Below are positions 7,657 through 15,479 of a DNA stretch of 25,578 nt, piece after piece. The position numbers and the translations under genes are program-made. The first letter of the stretch is position 1; every line of letters begins with the position of its first letter. This stretch comes from a virus (Duplodnaviria; Caudoviricetes), in the IMG/VR virus record IMGVR_UViG_3300028906_000013, positions 1 through 25,578 of that record, one strand, 5' to 3'. The notes below the pieces were generated by a model. The model was not told where the DNA came from. It worked only from the letters and a program-made list of their open reading frames with translations, and did not search any database.

Positions 7657-9417
7657 TTAGAAGGCGTAGCCGCCGAGGGTCGGTTCCGTCGGGGCCGACG
7701 AGAAGCTCGTGCCGACCTTGAACGGTTTGCCGCCAGCGAACTGCAGCGACGGGCCATACCTCACCAACAGGGCGATGTAGGCATACACCTGGAACCGGAT
7801 CTGGAGCGTTCCAGAGACAACCTCCGGGAGGACCCTCACGCGCAGGTCCGACTCGAAGAACCACACGTCGTCGCCCTTCATCGTCAGGCAGTAGCTGAAC
7901 GCTTCCGTCCCGGACGTGATGAGCGCTTCCGCTGCTTTGTTGGACGCCGCGACGATTTCCGCTGCGCTCCCCGTCTTCTGCGAGTTCGCGGAAGGCAGGA
8001 TCGGAGGGATGTTCGCCGACTGGAACACCGACGGCCCGAGGGGCGTTTTGAACAGGAACCCCTCCGGCTGGGTGTCTGACGCCAACAGACCCGAAGTGTT
8101 GAAGTTCGGGAAGTCGGTGTTGTTGAGCAGCAGGCGGCCCTTTTCGGATTCGCTGTCTGTCGCTGACGCGAGGTACGCCCCGAACGCCGGGTTGATGAAG
8201 TGATGCACGTTCTGGGTGTTGAAGCGTTCCTTCGCGATATGCGACCAGTTGGCGCCCATCGCCGCGATCAGCACCTGCGGAGAGACCGCACTCGATGATT
8301 CGCGGTGGCCGGCCTTCCATTCGTTCGCGCCTGACCCCAGTGACGGGAAGAGGCCCTTGATTGTCCCCGCGTTCAGGGTCGAGGCGTTCAGCCCCTGCCC
8401 ATAGGAGACGTTCTGGTCGACCTTCAGGTGATAGTCCGCCAGGAGGTCTTCCTGTACCACCCGGTCGAACATCTGCCCCGGTGACTGCTCGATCAGCTGG
8501 ATAGCGACATCCTGCTGACCCGCCAACGTCTTCACGGCAGCTTCGACGTATTCGGTTTCGATGTCCCTCGAAGCGACCCCGGCGTTGTCCTGCAGCTGGG
8601 GGGCGACTTCCGCACCGAGCTTGATCTTCGGGAGTTTGATCGTGTCGGTCCCGAGAGGCACAGGCATGTTTCGGCACTGGGTCGAGATGACCCTTCCGGC
8701 GCGCAGCGCCTCGATGTGCCCGGTCTCCACCAGCCACAACGGGGGTACGTATTCTCCACCGGCCCCAGGGGCACGGGAGGGGTTCGCGCGCTGTTCAAAT
8801 GCACGCATCTCGAATGGTGACTGGGTGAGTCCCCCGCGTAGGCCGAGGCTCTTGCGGAACTCGCGCTCCGCTGCCTCCGTCTGGTCTTCGGCGGCACGGC
8901 GGGCTGCCGCCTCGCGGCTCTCGACGGTGTCCTCCATCTGCTTGCCGTGCTTGGCACGGCGTTCGTCCGCCGCTGACCAGCCGCCCTCGGGCATGAACCG
9001 GCCACGGAGAGAGTTCTCCGAGCCGATCAGGTCCTTGAAGAAGCTGTGTTCCTGGGCGTTGTCCTGCCGGTAGACGAGAGGGTCTTTCTGGGATTCGATT
9101 TCCTCGTGCTCGAGTCCGGCGTCGTCGGCGAGTTTGCGGCGCTCGGCCCTTTTGGTGAGCGTGTCAACGCGAGCGTCGATCTCTTTGAACTGGCGCTCCA
9201 TGTCGTCGTTCGCGGCGCGGTACTCCTCCTCCGCGAGGTTGAAGGCGTCGCGCTCCTCGTCAGTGGGACGTTTTGACTCGTCCTCGTCTTTAAGGCGCGC
9301 CTCGAACTCCGTGCGTGCCTGCTCGCGGCTGTCGATCAGCTCGTCCCATTTACTGGCGATCTCCGCCCGCTGGTCTTTGAGCCCGTCGAGAACCGTTGGC
9401 TCAGTTGCTGTAGCCAT
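7657..9417 (-). CDS. Major capsid protein (HK97 fold) with long N-terminal coiled-coil delta/scaffold domain, 586 aa
   Basis: SD AAAGGA before ATG 9417 (MATATEPT). Coiled-coil N-terminus, then FEQRANPSRAPGAGGEYVPPLWL, IKLPKI, VKTLAGQQDVAIQLIEQSP and SGTLQIRFQVYAY, typical of actinophage HK97-type capsids. Confidence 0.92.
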   Translation of the reverse strand: MATATEPTVLDGLKDQRAEIASKWDELIDSREQARTEFEARLKDEDESKRPTDEERDAFNLAEEEYRAANDDMERQFKEIDARVDTLTKRAERRKLADDAGLEHEEIESQKDPLVYRQDNAQEHSFFKDLIGSENSLRGRFMPEGGWSAADERRAKHGKQMEDTVESREAAARRAAEDQTEAAEREFRKSLGLRGGLTQSPFEMRAFEQRANPSRAPGAGGEYVPPLWLVETGHIEALRAGRVISTQCRNMPVPLGTDTIKLPKIKLGAEVAPQLQDNAGVASRDIETEYVEAAVKTLAGQQDVAIQLIEQSPGQMFDRVVQEDLLADYHLKVDQNVSYGQGLNASTLNAGTIKGLFPSLGSGANEWKAGHRESSSAVSPQVLIAAMGANWSHIAKERFNTQNVHHFINPAFGAYLASATDSESEKGRLLLNNTDFPNFNTSGLLASDTQPEGFLFKTPLGPSVFQSANIPPILPSANSQKTGSAAEIVAASNKAAEALITSGTEAFSYCLTMKGDDVWFFESDLRVRVLPEVVSGTLQIRFQVYAYIALLVRYGPSLQFAGGKPFKVGTSFSSAPTEPTLGGYAF

Positions 9418-9419
9418 GA

Positions 9420-9553
9420 TTCGTCCTTTCAGAGAGCCCCAGACGGGGCCGTTTGTGTGGTCTCCTACGGGCGGTGCTCGACCACGGGACGGCGACACAC
9501 GCACATGTGGGCGTGTCAACGGTCCCGAGCGGAGTCCAACGCGTCGGGGTGGA
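9420..9553 (-). promoter_or_regulatory. Structured intercistronic leader upstream of the major capsid gene
   Basis: Nested stem CGGGAC..GACACGC/GCGTGTGTC..GTCCCG and hairpin GCCCC-GTCT-GGGGC just before the SD. Confidence 0.45.
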
Positions 9554-10735
9554 TCAGAATTCGGGGGCGGGTTTCATCCCTGCCCCGGTGAGCACCGAGA
9601 TCCCAGAAGGGAACCTGTGCGGCATCCAAGCTGTCGTGCGGTGCAGGCGGAACCGCACCTGCAGGGTTCCGGAGGTGGCGTCCTCGATAACTGCCTGCAG
9701 TGGCCGGGACTGCCACAGCATGAAGTCATCGGAGCGGACCGCAAGAATCGGCTCTTGGTTCCCGTTGACGGTCCGGGGGATCGCGTCATCGAGATATACC
9801 GAGAAGCCAGCGAAAGAGGAGATGGGCCAGTCCCCGCCAACGTTGTCGGTGAGGATCAACGGCCGCTGTTCAGACGTGGGTACTGTCGCCAGATACGCCT
9901 GCCTCGCCGTTGTCCAGAGAAGCGCGTCGGCTGGCCGTTTGCGTTCGATGCCGACTTTGGCGATGGCCACACCTATCTTTTCGAACAGGGTGCCGGCGGC
10001 AAGGGTCGCGTAGCTGATCGCATTGATTCCCGTGACGTTCAGGAGGCCGAGAGGTTCGGTGACCGTTTCCCCGTTCCCGGTGATCATGTCGGTCTCTAGT
10101 TCGGAGTAGAGCGATTCCTCCAGGTCGGTGAAGACAACCCAGTCCAAATGCGCTCCGGGCGGGGACATCTCCAGGTCCTGGATCGCCCAATCGCTGATCC
10201 CCCCGTAGAGGATGGCCTGCGCCTTGACTTTTTCGGTTTCGACATCCTGCATGTTCGCCCCGGTACCGGGGGTCTCGTCGTTGGCCAAGGTGCCCTTCAG
10301 CATCCTGGGGAGGTTCACGCTCGACACACCGGGGGGCAGGTCGAACTCGTGGCCCTCTTCGTTGATGAGCCGCTGGAGGATCTTCCCGGGCCTGCGAGCC
10401 TCCGCGAAAAGATGGTTCAGCCAGAGTGGCGGGGCGTACTCCCCACCGTGACCCGCTTCGACGTTGGGGTTGACGCGGTACTCGAACTCGGTCCCCTCAA
10501 GCGTGCGGGTCTCCCGGAGCTTGGAGATCGTGTCCATCTGACGGCCGTGGCGCTCCAGGCGCTCCCCGGCCCCGCTGTTGTTGCGGATTTCCGCCAGCGC
10601 AAGATCCCGGTAGTAGCTGGTGCTCCCGTACTGGTAGACGAGCTCCTCGCGGGTCTGTCTGCGGGCCTCAAGCTCGGCTGTCTCGATCGCTGCGCGCTCC
10701 TCCTCTGTCGGCTCGCGCTCTGGGGTCTCCATCAT
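9554..10735 (-). CDS. Second HK97-fold capsid protein paralog with short N-terminal domain, 393 aa
   Basis: FEYRVNPNVEAGHGGEYAPPLWL, VNLPRM, AIQDLEMSP, ITGNG..EPLGLLNVTGI and SGTLQVRFRLH are colinear with the 586-aa capsid; ATGA-coupled to the protease. Confidence 0.9.
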   Translation of the reverse strand: MMETPEREPTEEERAAIETAELEARRQTREELVYQYGSTSYYRDLALAEIRNNSGAGERLERHGRQMDTISKLRETRTLEGTEFEYRVNPNVEAGHGGEYAPPLWLNHLFAEARRPGKILQRLINEEGHEFDLPPGVSSVNLPRMLKGTLANDETPGTGANMQDVETEKVKAQAILYGGISDWAIQDLEMSPPGAHLDWVVFTDLEESLYSELETDMITGNGETVTEPLGLLNVTGINAISYATLAAGTLFEKIGVAIAKVGIERKRPADALLWTTARQAYLATVPTSEQRPLILTDNVGGDWPISSFAGFSVYLDDAIPRTVNGNQEPILAVRSDDFMLWQSRPLQAVIEDATSGTLQVRFRLHRTTAWMPHRFPSGISVLTGAGMKPAPEF

Positions 10736-11850
10736 GCGGCCCCCGCGATCGTCCTGGCCCTGCGTGCCCGCTCGGACTCGGCGGATGGGATGATCACTGC
10801 GAGCGGGTCGGCTTGAGGGGCCTCGGGCTCGGGCTCAAGCGCCGGCAGAAGACCTTGGAGCTTCTCGATTGCCGCTTTGATCTCGCTCGCGTTCTTGGTG
10901 GAGATGGCCTTTCCGGCACGCGCCTCCACCATCGCCTCACCGAGATGCTCGATACCCATGTCCTCGAAAGCCCTGAGGCCGGCTGACGCGGCGGGGTTGG
11001 CTCCGAAGTTCACCACCGACACGTCACCCTTGTGCAGGCTCACGTCGATCAGGCTGCGTTTGCGGTAGTCCTTGTCCCACTCCTGGTCACGGGCGCGGAA
11101 GGCGAAGCTGGATTCGTCCATGTCTTCGCGCTCGAGCTTCGGGAGTAGGCGCTTTACATCCGGGTCATGCAGCTGGAGATCCACGTCGTAGCGAAGACCC
11201 CTGTGGGGTTCTTCGAGCCGAAGACTGCCGGTTTTCGTACGTCCCATCGGCATGTCCCCGTGGTTAGCGAGGAACATCACATCTGGCTTCTCGCCAAGGG
11301 TGCGCCTACAGAAGCCGCGTACGGCCCGCTCTTCGTAATCCCCTACCTCGTACCAGCATTCGGTAACGCTCGCGTAGCCCCCGACCTGGACGATGCCTTC
11401 GGGCCGCTCGCGTAGCTCAAGGCCCACCGGCCCCCACGCCTCCTGCCAAAACCGACGCTCGGGCATCCCGTCCACAAGTTCAGCGCGCGCCTTGCGGCGT
11501 TCCTTCGCGGCCCATGCAGCGGTGCGCTGCTCGGTCTCTGGCTCCTCCGAGCGACCGTCAACCGGCTCGTAGCTCGTAACCGGCTGGACCTCCTGAGCAT
11601 CCCCGAGGGAAATACCATCGTCCCCTTCCTCGTAGGGGACCTGGAACATCTTCCCGCCCGATTCATAGGTCGCCGTGTCGTCGTCAAAGTCGGTGAGGTA
11701 GGCGCTTAGCGCTCCGCCGTCGGGCTGGTCCCTGATTGCGGATGAGAGTGCCCGGTGCCGGTCCTTGAAGCTCGGCCCTTCCCGGTGCTCGGGGTCCCAG
11801 ACAGCGGCGCGCGCCTCAAGCTCTGCGTCGGTCAACTCACTCATAGGCAC
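10732..11850 (-). CDS. HK97-family prohead protease with N-terminal extra domain
   Basis: GYASV, FLANHG..PMGRT..GSLRL, GLRYD, SSFAF and GDVSVVNFGANP motifs (His/Ser catalytic candidates in NH and SSFAF); C-terminal RAGKAISTKN...I helix. Confidence 0.92.
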   Translation of the reverse strand: MPMSELTDAELEARAAVWDPEHREGPSFKDRHRALSSAIRDQPDGGALSAYLTDFDDDTATYESGGKMFQVPYEEGDDGISLGDAQEVQPVTSYEPVDGRSEEPETEQRTAAWAAKERRKARAELVDGMPERRFWQEAWGPVGLELRERPEGIVQVGGYASVTECWYEVGDYEERAVRGFCRRTLGEKPDVMFLANHGDMPMGRTKTGSLRLEEPHRGLRYDVDLQLHDPDVKRLLPKLEREDMDESSFAFRARDQEWDKDYRKRSLIDVSLHKGDVSVVNFGANPAASAGLRAFEDMGIEHLGEAMVEARAGKAISTKNASEIKAAIEKLQGLLPALEPEPEAPQADPLAVIIPSAESERARRARTIAGAA

Positions 11851-11865
11851 CTCCGTGGGTGCAGG

Positions 11866-13077
11866 TCACTTCGACGGTGGAACGTTGCCCTTGGAGGGCG
11901 GAGGGATCTGGACAGGTTCCTGGCCCATTTCCCTTTCGCTGTTCTGCAGCTCCTTCAACGCTTCCAGAGCCATCTTGTACATCTCAGTGTTGATCGGGAC
12001 ATAGGTTTCTTTCCCGGTGCCCTTCGGCAACGGGGGCATGTCGAACGTAGCTCGCACGTCGTCTGCGCACCATGCGCCGCAGAGCATCATCAGCGAGCCG
12101 ACCTGTGCCCTCTGCACCGAATCACCACGAATACGGTGGTGCAGGTTGAAGTTCGCGAATTCACCCGGGGGAAGGCATTCGGTGAGCGCCAGTTCCCCTC
12201 GGCAGAGATACCCAGCGAGGGTGTCGGTTACGTAGCTTCGCTCCTGCTGCTCGATGCCTCGCCCGAAGCTCGTTGACCGTTCGTTGAGCCCCACCTTGTG
12301 CGGTGGAATACGGAAGATCAGTCCGCTGATTTCCTCCGCCGAGTATTTCCTGGCTTCAAGCAGCTGCTGGTCAGCGGGGCTGATCGAGATCGGGTTGAAT
12401 TTCGCTTCCTCGGTAAGGACAGCGGGGAGACTCGACTTGCTCGTCCCCTGATGCGCCGACATCCACGACTTGGCGAGGGCCTTCGTCTCGGTCTCCCCGA
12501 GTTTGCCCTTCGCTTCGATCACGCCGCGCGGGTCAGCGCTGTTCTTGTAGACCGTCGTGGCATGCACATCCATCACATGCGCCAGCCCAAGGGAGTGGCG
12601 GAGTAGGCCGATCGGGTTCAGCCCGAGGAGCATTCCGGGCATGACCTGATAGCGGACATGGAACAGGTTTTCCGAGTTGATCGGGTGCCCCGCCACATAC
12701 CACTTCACGCCTTTGGACGTGATTTCCGGACGCACCATGTCAGGGTTCAACGGCATGATCTGCGTCGGATAGCCAAGCCAGTCCCGTTCGACGATCAGCC
12801 CGAAGAAGTTCCCTCGCAACGCGAGGCTCCAGATAAACGCGCAGAGCCAGTCGATCCGGCTGATCGGCTCATACGGCTTTTCCAGCAGGAGAGGTGTCGG
12901 GAGTTCCTTCGCCGTGTTCACCCACGCGGGCTTATCCAGCACCCGCAACGGGAGCGAGACAACGGAATCGGCGAGCAGCGAGCAGCAGCCATACACGGCC
13001 GCAATCTCTGGTGCCGTCTCCGAGGTGACGTGCGTCGGACTACCAGCGCTGCCCCCTGGTGGCGGCGGCGCCGTCAT
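11866..13077 (-). CDS. Portal protein (HK97 family); an upstream in-frame N-terminal segment is separated by a TGA
   Basis: AVYGCCSLLADSVVSLPL, LALRGNFF, PLNPDMV, GLNPI, P.GVI, QQLLEARKYS..FRIPPHKVG, GIEQQ, DDVRATFDMPPL motifs. Confidence 0.95.
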   Translation of the reverse strand: MTAPPPPGGSAGSPTHVTSETAPEIAAVYGCCSLLADSVVSLPLRVLDKPAWVNTAKELPTPLLLEKPYEPISRIDWLCAFIWSLALRGNFFGLIVERDWLGYPTQIMPLNPDMVRPEITSKGVKWYVAGHPINSENLFHVRYQVMPGMLLGLNPIGLLRHSLGLAHVMDVHATTVYKNSADPRGVIEAKGKLGETETKALAKSWMSAHQGTSKSSLPAVLTEEAKFNPISISPADQQLLEARKYSAEEISGLIFRIPPHKVGLNERSTSFGRGIEQQERSYVTDTLAGYLCRGELALTECLPPGEFANFNLHHRIRGDSVQRAQVGSLMMLCGAWCADDVRATFDMPPLPKGTGKETYVPINTEMYKMALEALKELQNSEREMGQEPVQIPPPSKGNVPPSK

Positions 13078-13092
13078 TCCCCATTCGAGCGC

Positions 13093-13155
13093 TCACAGAT
13101 ACGGATTCGCCCCCCGAATCTCCATGAGCGTTCGTGCGGCTCTCCGTATCAGCAT
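13093..13155 (-). CDS. 20-codon in-frame N-terminal portal segment ending in TGA (MLIRRAARTLMEIRGANPYL*)
   Basis: SD AAGGGGGTGA before ATG 13155; same frame as the portal; 5 sense codons (ALEWG) between the TGA and ATG 13077. Confidence 0.55.
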   Translation of the reverse strand: MLIRRAARTLMEIRGANPYL

Positions 13156-13185
13156 ACATCACCCCCTTGGGGCACTTAGGGGATG

Positions 13186-13395
13186 CTACGCAGACTGGTG
13201 ACGGGCTCTAAATGCCTGCCAGCGGCGGGATGCGTGTGCTCGGAGCCACATGAGCGGGTGAACCTCCTCCGCAGCAAGTCCCATCGTGAAACACGCTCCA
13301 GCCACGACTAGGAGGGCTAGGGCTCTCCCGGAGTATTCGTAGGCCGCCCCGGTGAGAGAAGCGAAGCCGAGAAGCTCTAGGCCGTTGGAGAGCAC
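13186..13395 (-). CDS. Small two-TM membrane protein preceding the portal
   Basis: LELLGFASLTGAAY..ALALLVVAGACFTMGL. Small membrane genes at this position are common in HK97-like phages. Confidence 0.7.
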   Translation of the reverse strand: MLSNGLELLGFASLTGAAYEYSGRALALLVVAGACFTMGLAAEEVHPLMWLRAHASRRWQAFRARHQSA

Positions 13396-13554
13396 CTATG
13401 CAGCCTTCCAGCGCGGCAGGCTCTTCTTACCTGCACCCGAGCGGTGGTTAGCAGCCCGCAGCCGACGTTCATTCAAGGGGAGTTTCTGCTCACCTTTCGC
13501 TTCTCGTCTGGCGCGCTTGGCTGCCCGCTCTGGGTCCTCTACTCTCCGGCGCAT
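13396..13554 (-). CDS. Small basic protein (52 aa)
   Basis: Not in ORF track: MRRRVEDPERAAKRARREAKGEQKLPLNERRLRAANHRSGAGKKSLPRWKAA*. Its stop abuts the GTG of the next gene. Confidence 0.5.
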   Translation of the reverse strand: MRRRVEDPERAAKRARREAKGEQKLPLNERRLRAANHRSGAGKKSLPRWKAA

Positions 13555-13700
13555 TGGACTGCGCCCCCCTGATGGGTAGCGACGTACTGAGCGGCCAGCT
13601 TCTTCGCCTGCTCCGCGGTGAGCGGGACCTCTACGGTGAGAACGCCCGTCGGGCGCGCTGCATCATCAAAGTAGGGAGTGTCCTTCTTCCGTCTGAACAT
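13539..13700 (-). CDS. 53-aa mini-protein homologous to the portal clip region
   Basis: Not in ORF track: SD AGGAGG, then MFRRKKDTPYFDDAARPTGVLTVEVPLTAEQAKKLAAQYVATHQGGAVQCAGE*. 11/37 ungapped identities (hand count) to the portal segment TVYKNSADPRGVIEAKGKLGETETKALAKSWMSAHQG. Confidence 0.65.
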   Translation of the reverse strand: MFRRKKDTPYFDDAARPTGVLTVEVPLTAEQAKKLAAQYVATHQGGAVQCAGE

Positions 13701-14067
13701 CTAACCCCTCCTGTGTGAGATTGAGGCGTCGTGCATCGCATCGACGCCCATGTGACCACCCCTCCGAAAGCCACGCGCTAAGCCTCACGGGGGATTGCGA
13801 AGCGGGGCCGAGCAGCATCATTGGACCGCCAAGCAGGCTTTCACGGTCGCTAACGAGAGCGAAAGCATTCCAAGAACCGCCCGAAGCAAAAGCTGAGAGC
13901 CATTGGTTCGCGATCGGGCTGCCCGCTGCATCGTACGTCAAGAGCTGTAGTTCGTCGTACAGATCCGGGTCCTCGGCCGCAACGGCACGCGCCCACGCAT
14001 CAACCTCGCGCAGGCTCGCAAAATGGGCGCGAGATGACCCCTCAGGATCAACGATCACGTAACGCAT
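13666..14067 (-). CDS. Hypothetical protein (moron)
   Basis: SD GGGAG before ATG 14067; protein-like N-terminal ~60 aa (MRYVIVDPEGSSRAHFASLREVDAW..LLTYDAAG); C-terminal part less convincing. Confidence 0.55.
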   Translation of the reverse strand: MRYVIVDPEGSSRAHFASLREVDAWARAVAAEDPDLYDELQLLTYDAAGSPIANQWLSAFASGGSWNAFALVSDRESLLGGPMMLLGPASQSPVRLSAWLSEGWSHGRRCDARRLNLTQEGLDVQTEEGHSLL

Positions 14068-14146
14068 CAGACTCCCATCCTACGTCGGCTTGGTCTCGGC
14101 AGGGTAAACATCGGCGACACGGTGCCGCGAAAAGCAGCGGCGCGGG

Positions 14147-14935
14147 ATGAAACATCTGCAAGACCTCGACAACGCAATCGCCGAGTGGGTCGGCGAGCCT
14201 GGGGTCGATCCGAAGCCGTACGAAATCTCCGGCGATTTCCGCCTGAACAGCCGAGAGTATGTCTTCAAGGGGAAGCTGCTCAAGCCCTTGGATGACCTCC
14301 TCCTGTGGGGCGTCATGTTCGGGGACGCGATCCACAATCTGCGATCCGCTCTCGATCACCTCGTCTGGCAGCTCGTCCTTGTCAACAAGAAGAGACCCAG
14401 CGGAAGCAACCAGTTTCCGATTTGCGACACGGGCGCGAACTATTGGAGCGCGGGATGGAAGGACGGGAAGAAGACGCCCAGCACCCGAGAGCGGCGGTTG
14501 GAGGGCGTCTCCGACGCCCATAAGGCACTCATCGACGAGGCACAGCCCTACCGTGCTCGGGTACCACCAAGCGCGATCCATGCGCTCTCCGCGCTCCGAG
14601 ACCTCTCGAACTACGACAAGCATCGACTTGTCCACCTGACCGACTTTGCAGTGGATTTTCCGAGCCGCGAGGCTTTGGACAACCTGTTCATCGTCAACGC
14701 CGACGCGGGCGAGCGGATCGGCACCAGATTCGAGCCGTTCCGGTACGACCGTGAGACAGAGGTCTTTGCGGTCGAGTACTCCTGTCCGGGACCAAACCCG
14801 GAGGTGAGCGTGCAGGGAAATCCTCCCCTCGGCATAGGCATTAGCGAGTCCCGAGCACGCTTCAGCCACCTCCAAGGGCTTGCCTTCGACATCGGCAGCA
14901 TCATCGAGGAATTCGCCCCCGACTTCCCCGTCTAG
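14147..14935 (+). CDS. HEPN-like all-helical protein (putative RNase/abortive-infection effector)
   Basis: GDAIHNLRSALDHLVWQL, NQFPI, IDEAQPY and LRDLSNYDKHR match a widespread family I recognise as HEPN-like. Only convincing plus-strand gene in the window. Confidence 0.7.
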   Translation: MKHLQDLDNAIAEWVGEPGVDPKPYEISGDFRLNSREYVFKGKLLKPLDDLLLWGVMFGDAIHNLRSALDHLVWQLVLVNKKRPSGSNQFPICDTGANYWSAGWKDGKKTPSTRERRLEGVSDAHKALIDEAQPYRARVPPSAIHALSALRDLSNYDKHRLVHLTDFAVDFPSREALDNLFIVNADAGERIGTRFEPFRYDRETEVFAVEYSCPGPNPEVSVQGNPPLGIGISESRARFSHLQGLAFDIGSIIEEFAPDFPV

Positions 14936-14983
14936 CTCGCTTGTATCGATCAGCATTTATACAGTCGCTCCCTATATGTGAGC

Positions 14984-15166
14984 CTAGACGGCTTCGCCGC
15001 GCGCCTGTAGGTCTTTGCGAACGTTTGCGTAGAATGCCGCAGACGCCCGAGCGTCGGGGTTCGAGATGTGAGGCGTGATCGCAACAAACGGGCCGCTCGT
15101 CCTGAGCTGGATTGGTGCCGGTGCGGTCTTTACGGTCTCGTAGCTGTCTTGTTCATTCGTCATCAT
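14984..15166 (-). CDS. Small hypothetical protein (60 aa)
   Basis: SD AGGAGG inside the end of the DUF3467-like gene, then ATG ATG; MMTNEQDSYETVKTAPAPIQLR... Confidence 0.6.
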   Translation of the reverse strand: MMTNEQDSYETVKTAPAPIQLRTSGPFVAITPHISNPDARASAAFYANVRKDLQARGEAV

Positions 15167-15434
15167 GGTCGCCCTCCTGAGGCATGCCTGCATCTTTAGT
15201 GTATTGCTCCCATGCACTGTTGAACAGGTCGCGCAGCTCGGCGAGCAGCAGGGGCGAGAAGTTGATCCGTGAGACGACTTCCCCCATCTGCCCCTGAGGT
15301 CCGATGCGGACGAAATCGAGCGTCAGCTCGTGCGGGGTGCGCTGAAGCGCGGCAAAGTTGGCCCAGTGACCCTCAAAGTCCTCCTGGGGCAGCATGATGT
15401 TCGGCTGCTGCTGTGGGGTTGGTGGCTGCGACAC
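15153..15434 (-). CDS. DUF3467-like protein
   Basis: GHWANFAALQRTPHELTLDF..GEVVSRINFSP...AEL..L matches the G.Y.N...E..LDF...V..RI..SP pattern. Start placed at GTG 15434 (MSQPPTPQQQ); ORF track uses 15458. Confidence 0.75.
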   Translation of the reverse strand: MSQPPTPQQQPNIMLPQEDFEGHWANFAALQRTPHELTLDFVRIGPQGQMGEVVSRINFSPLLLAELRDLFNSAWEQYTKDAGMPQEGDHDDE

Positions 15435-15479
15435 TGAAGTTCGATCATGCCGAAACACGGGTGGGATGTCTACCCCAGT

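Noticed and set aside
9418-9519. ORF-track N-terminal extension of the capsid to 9519 (likewise 7650 and 19924 starts)
   Set aside because: Extensions run through structured leaders; clear SD sequences mark downstream ATGs at 9417, 7593 and 19780.
13087-13097. GAGCGCTCACA resembles part of the symmetric lac operator
   Set aside because: Only an 11-bp partial match with non-matching flanks; no other sign of vector sequence.
14048-14956. 302-aa minus-strand ORF co-oriented with the phage genes
   Set aside because: Antisense shadow of the plus-strand gene, which carries recognisable conserved motifs.
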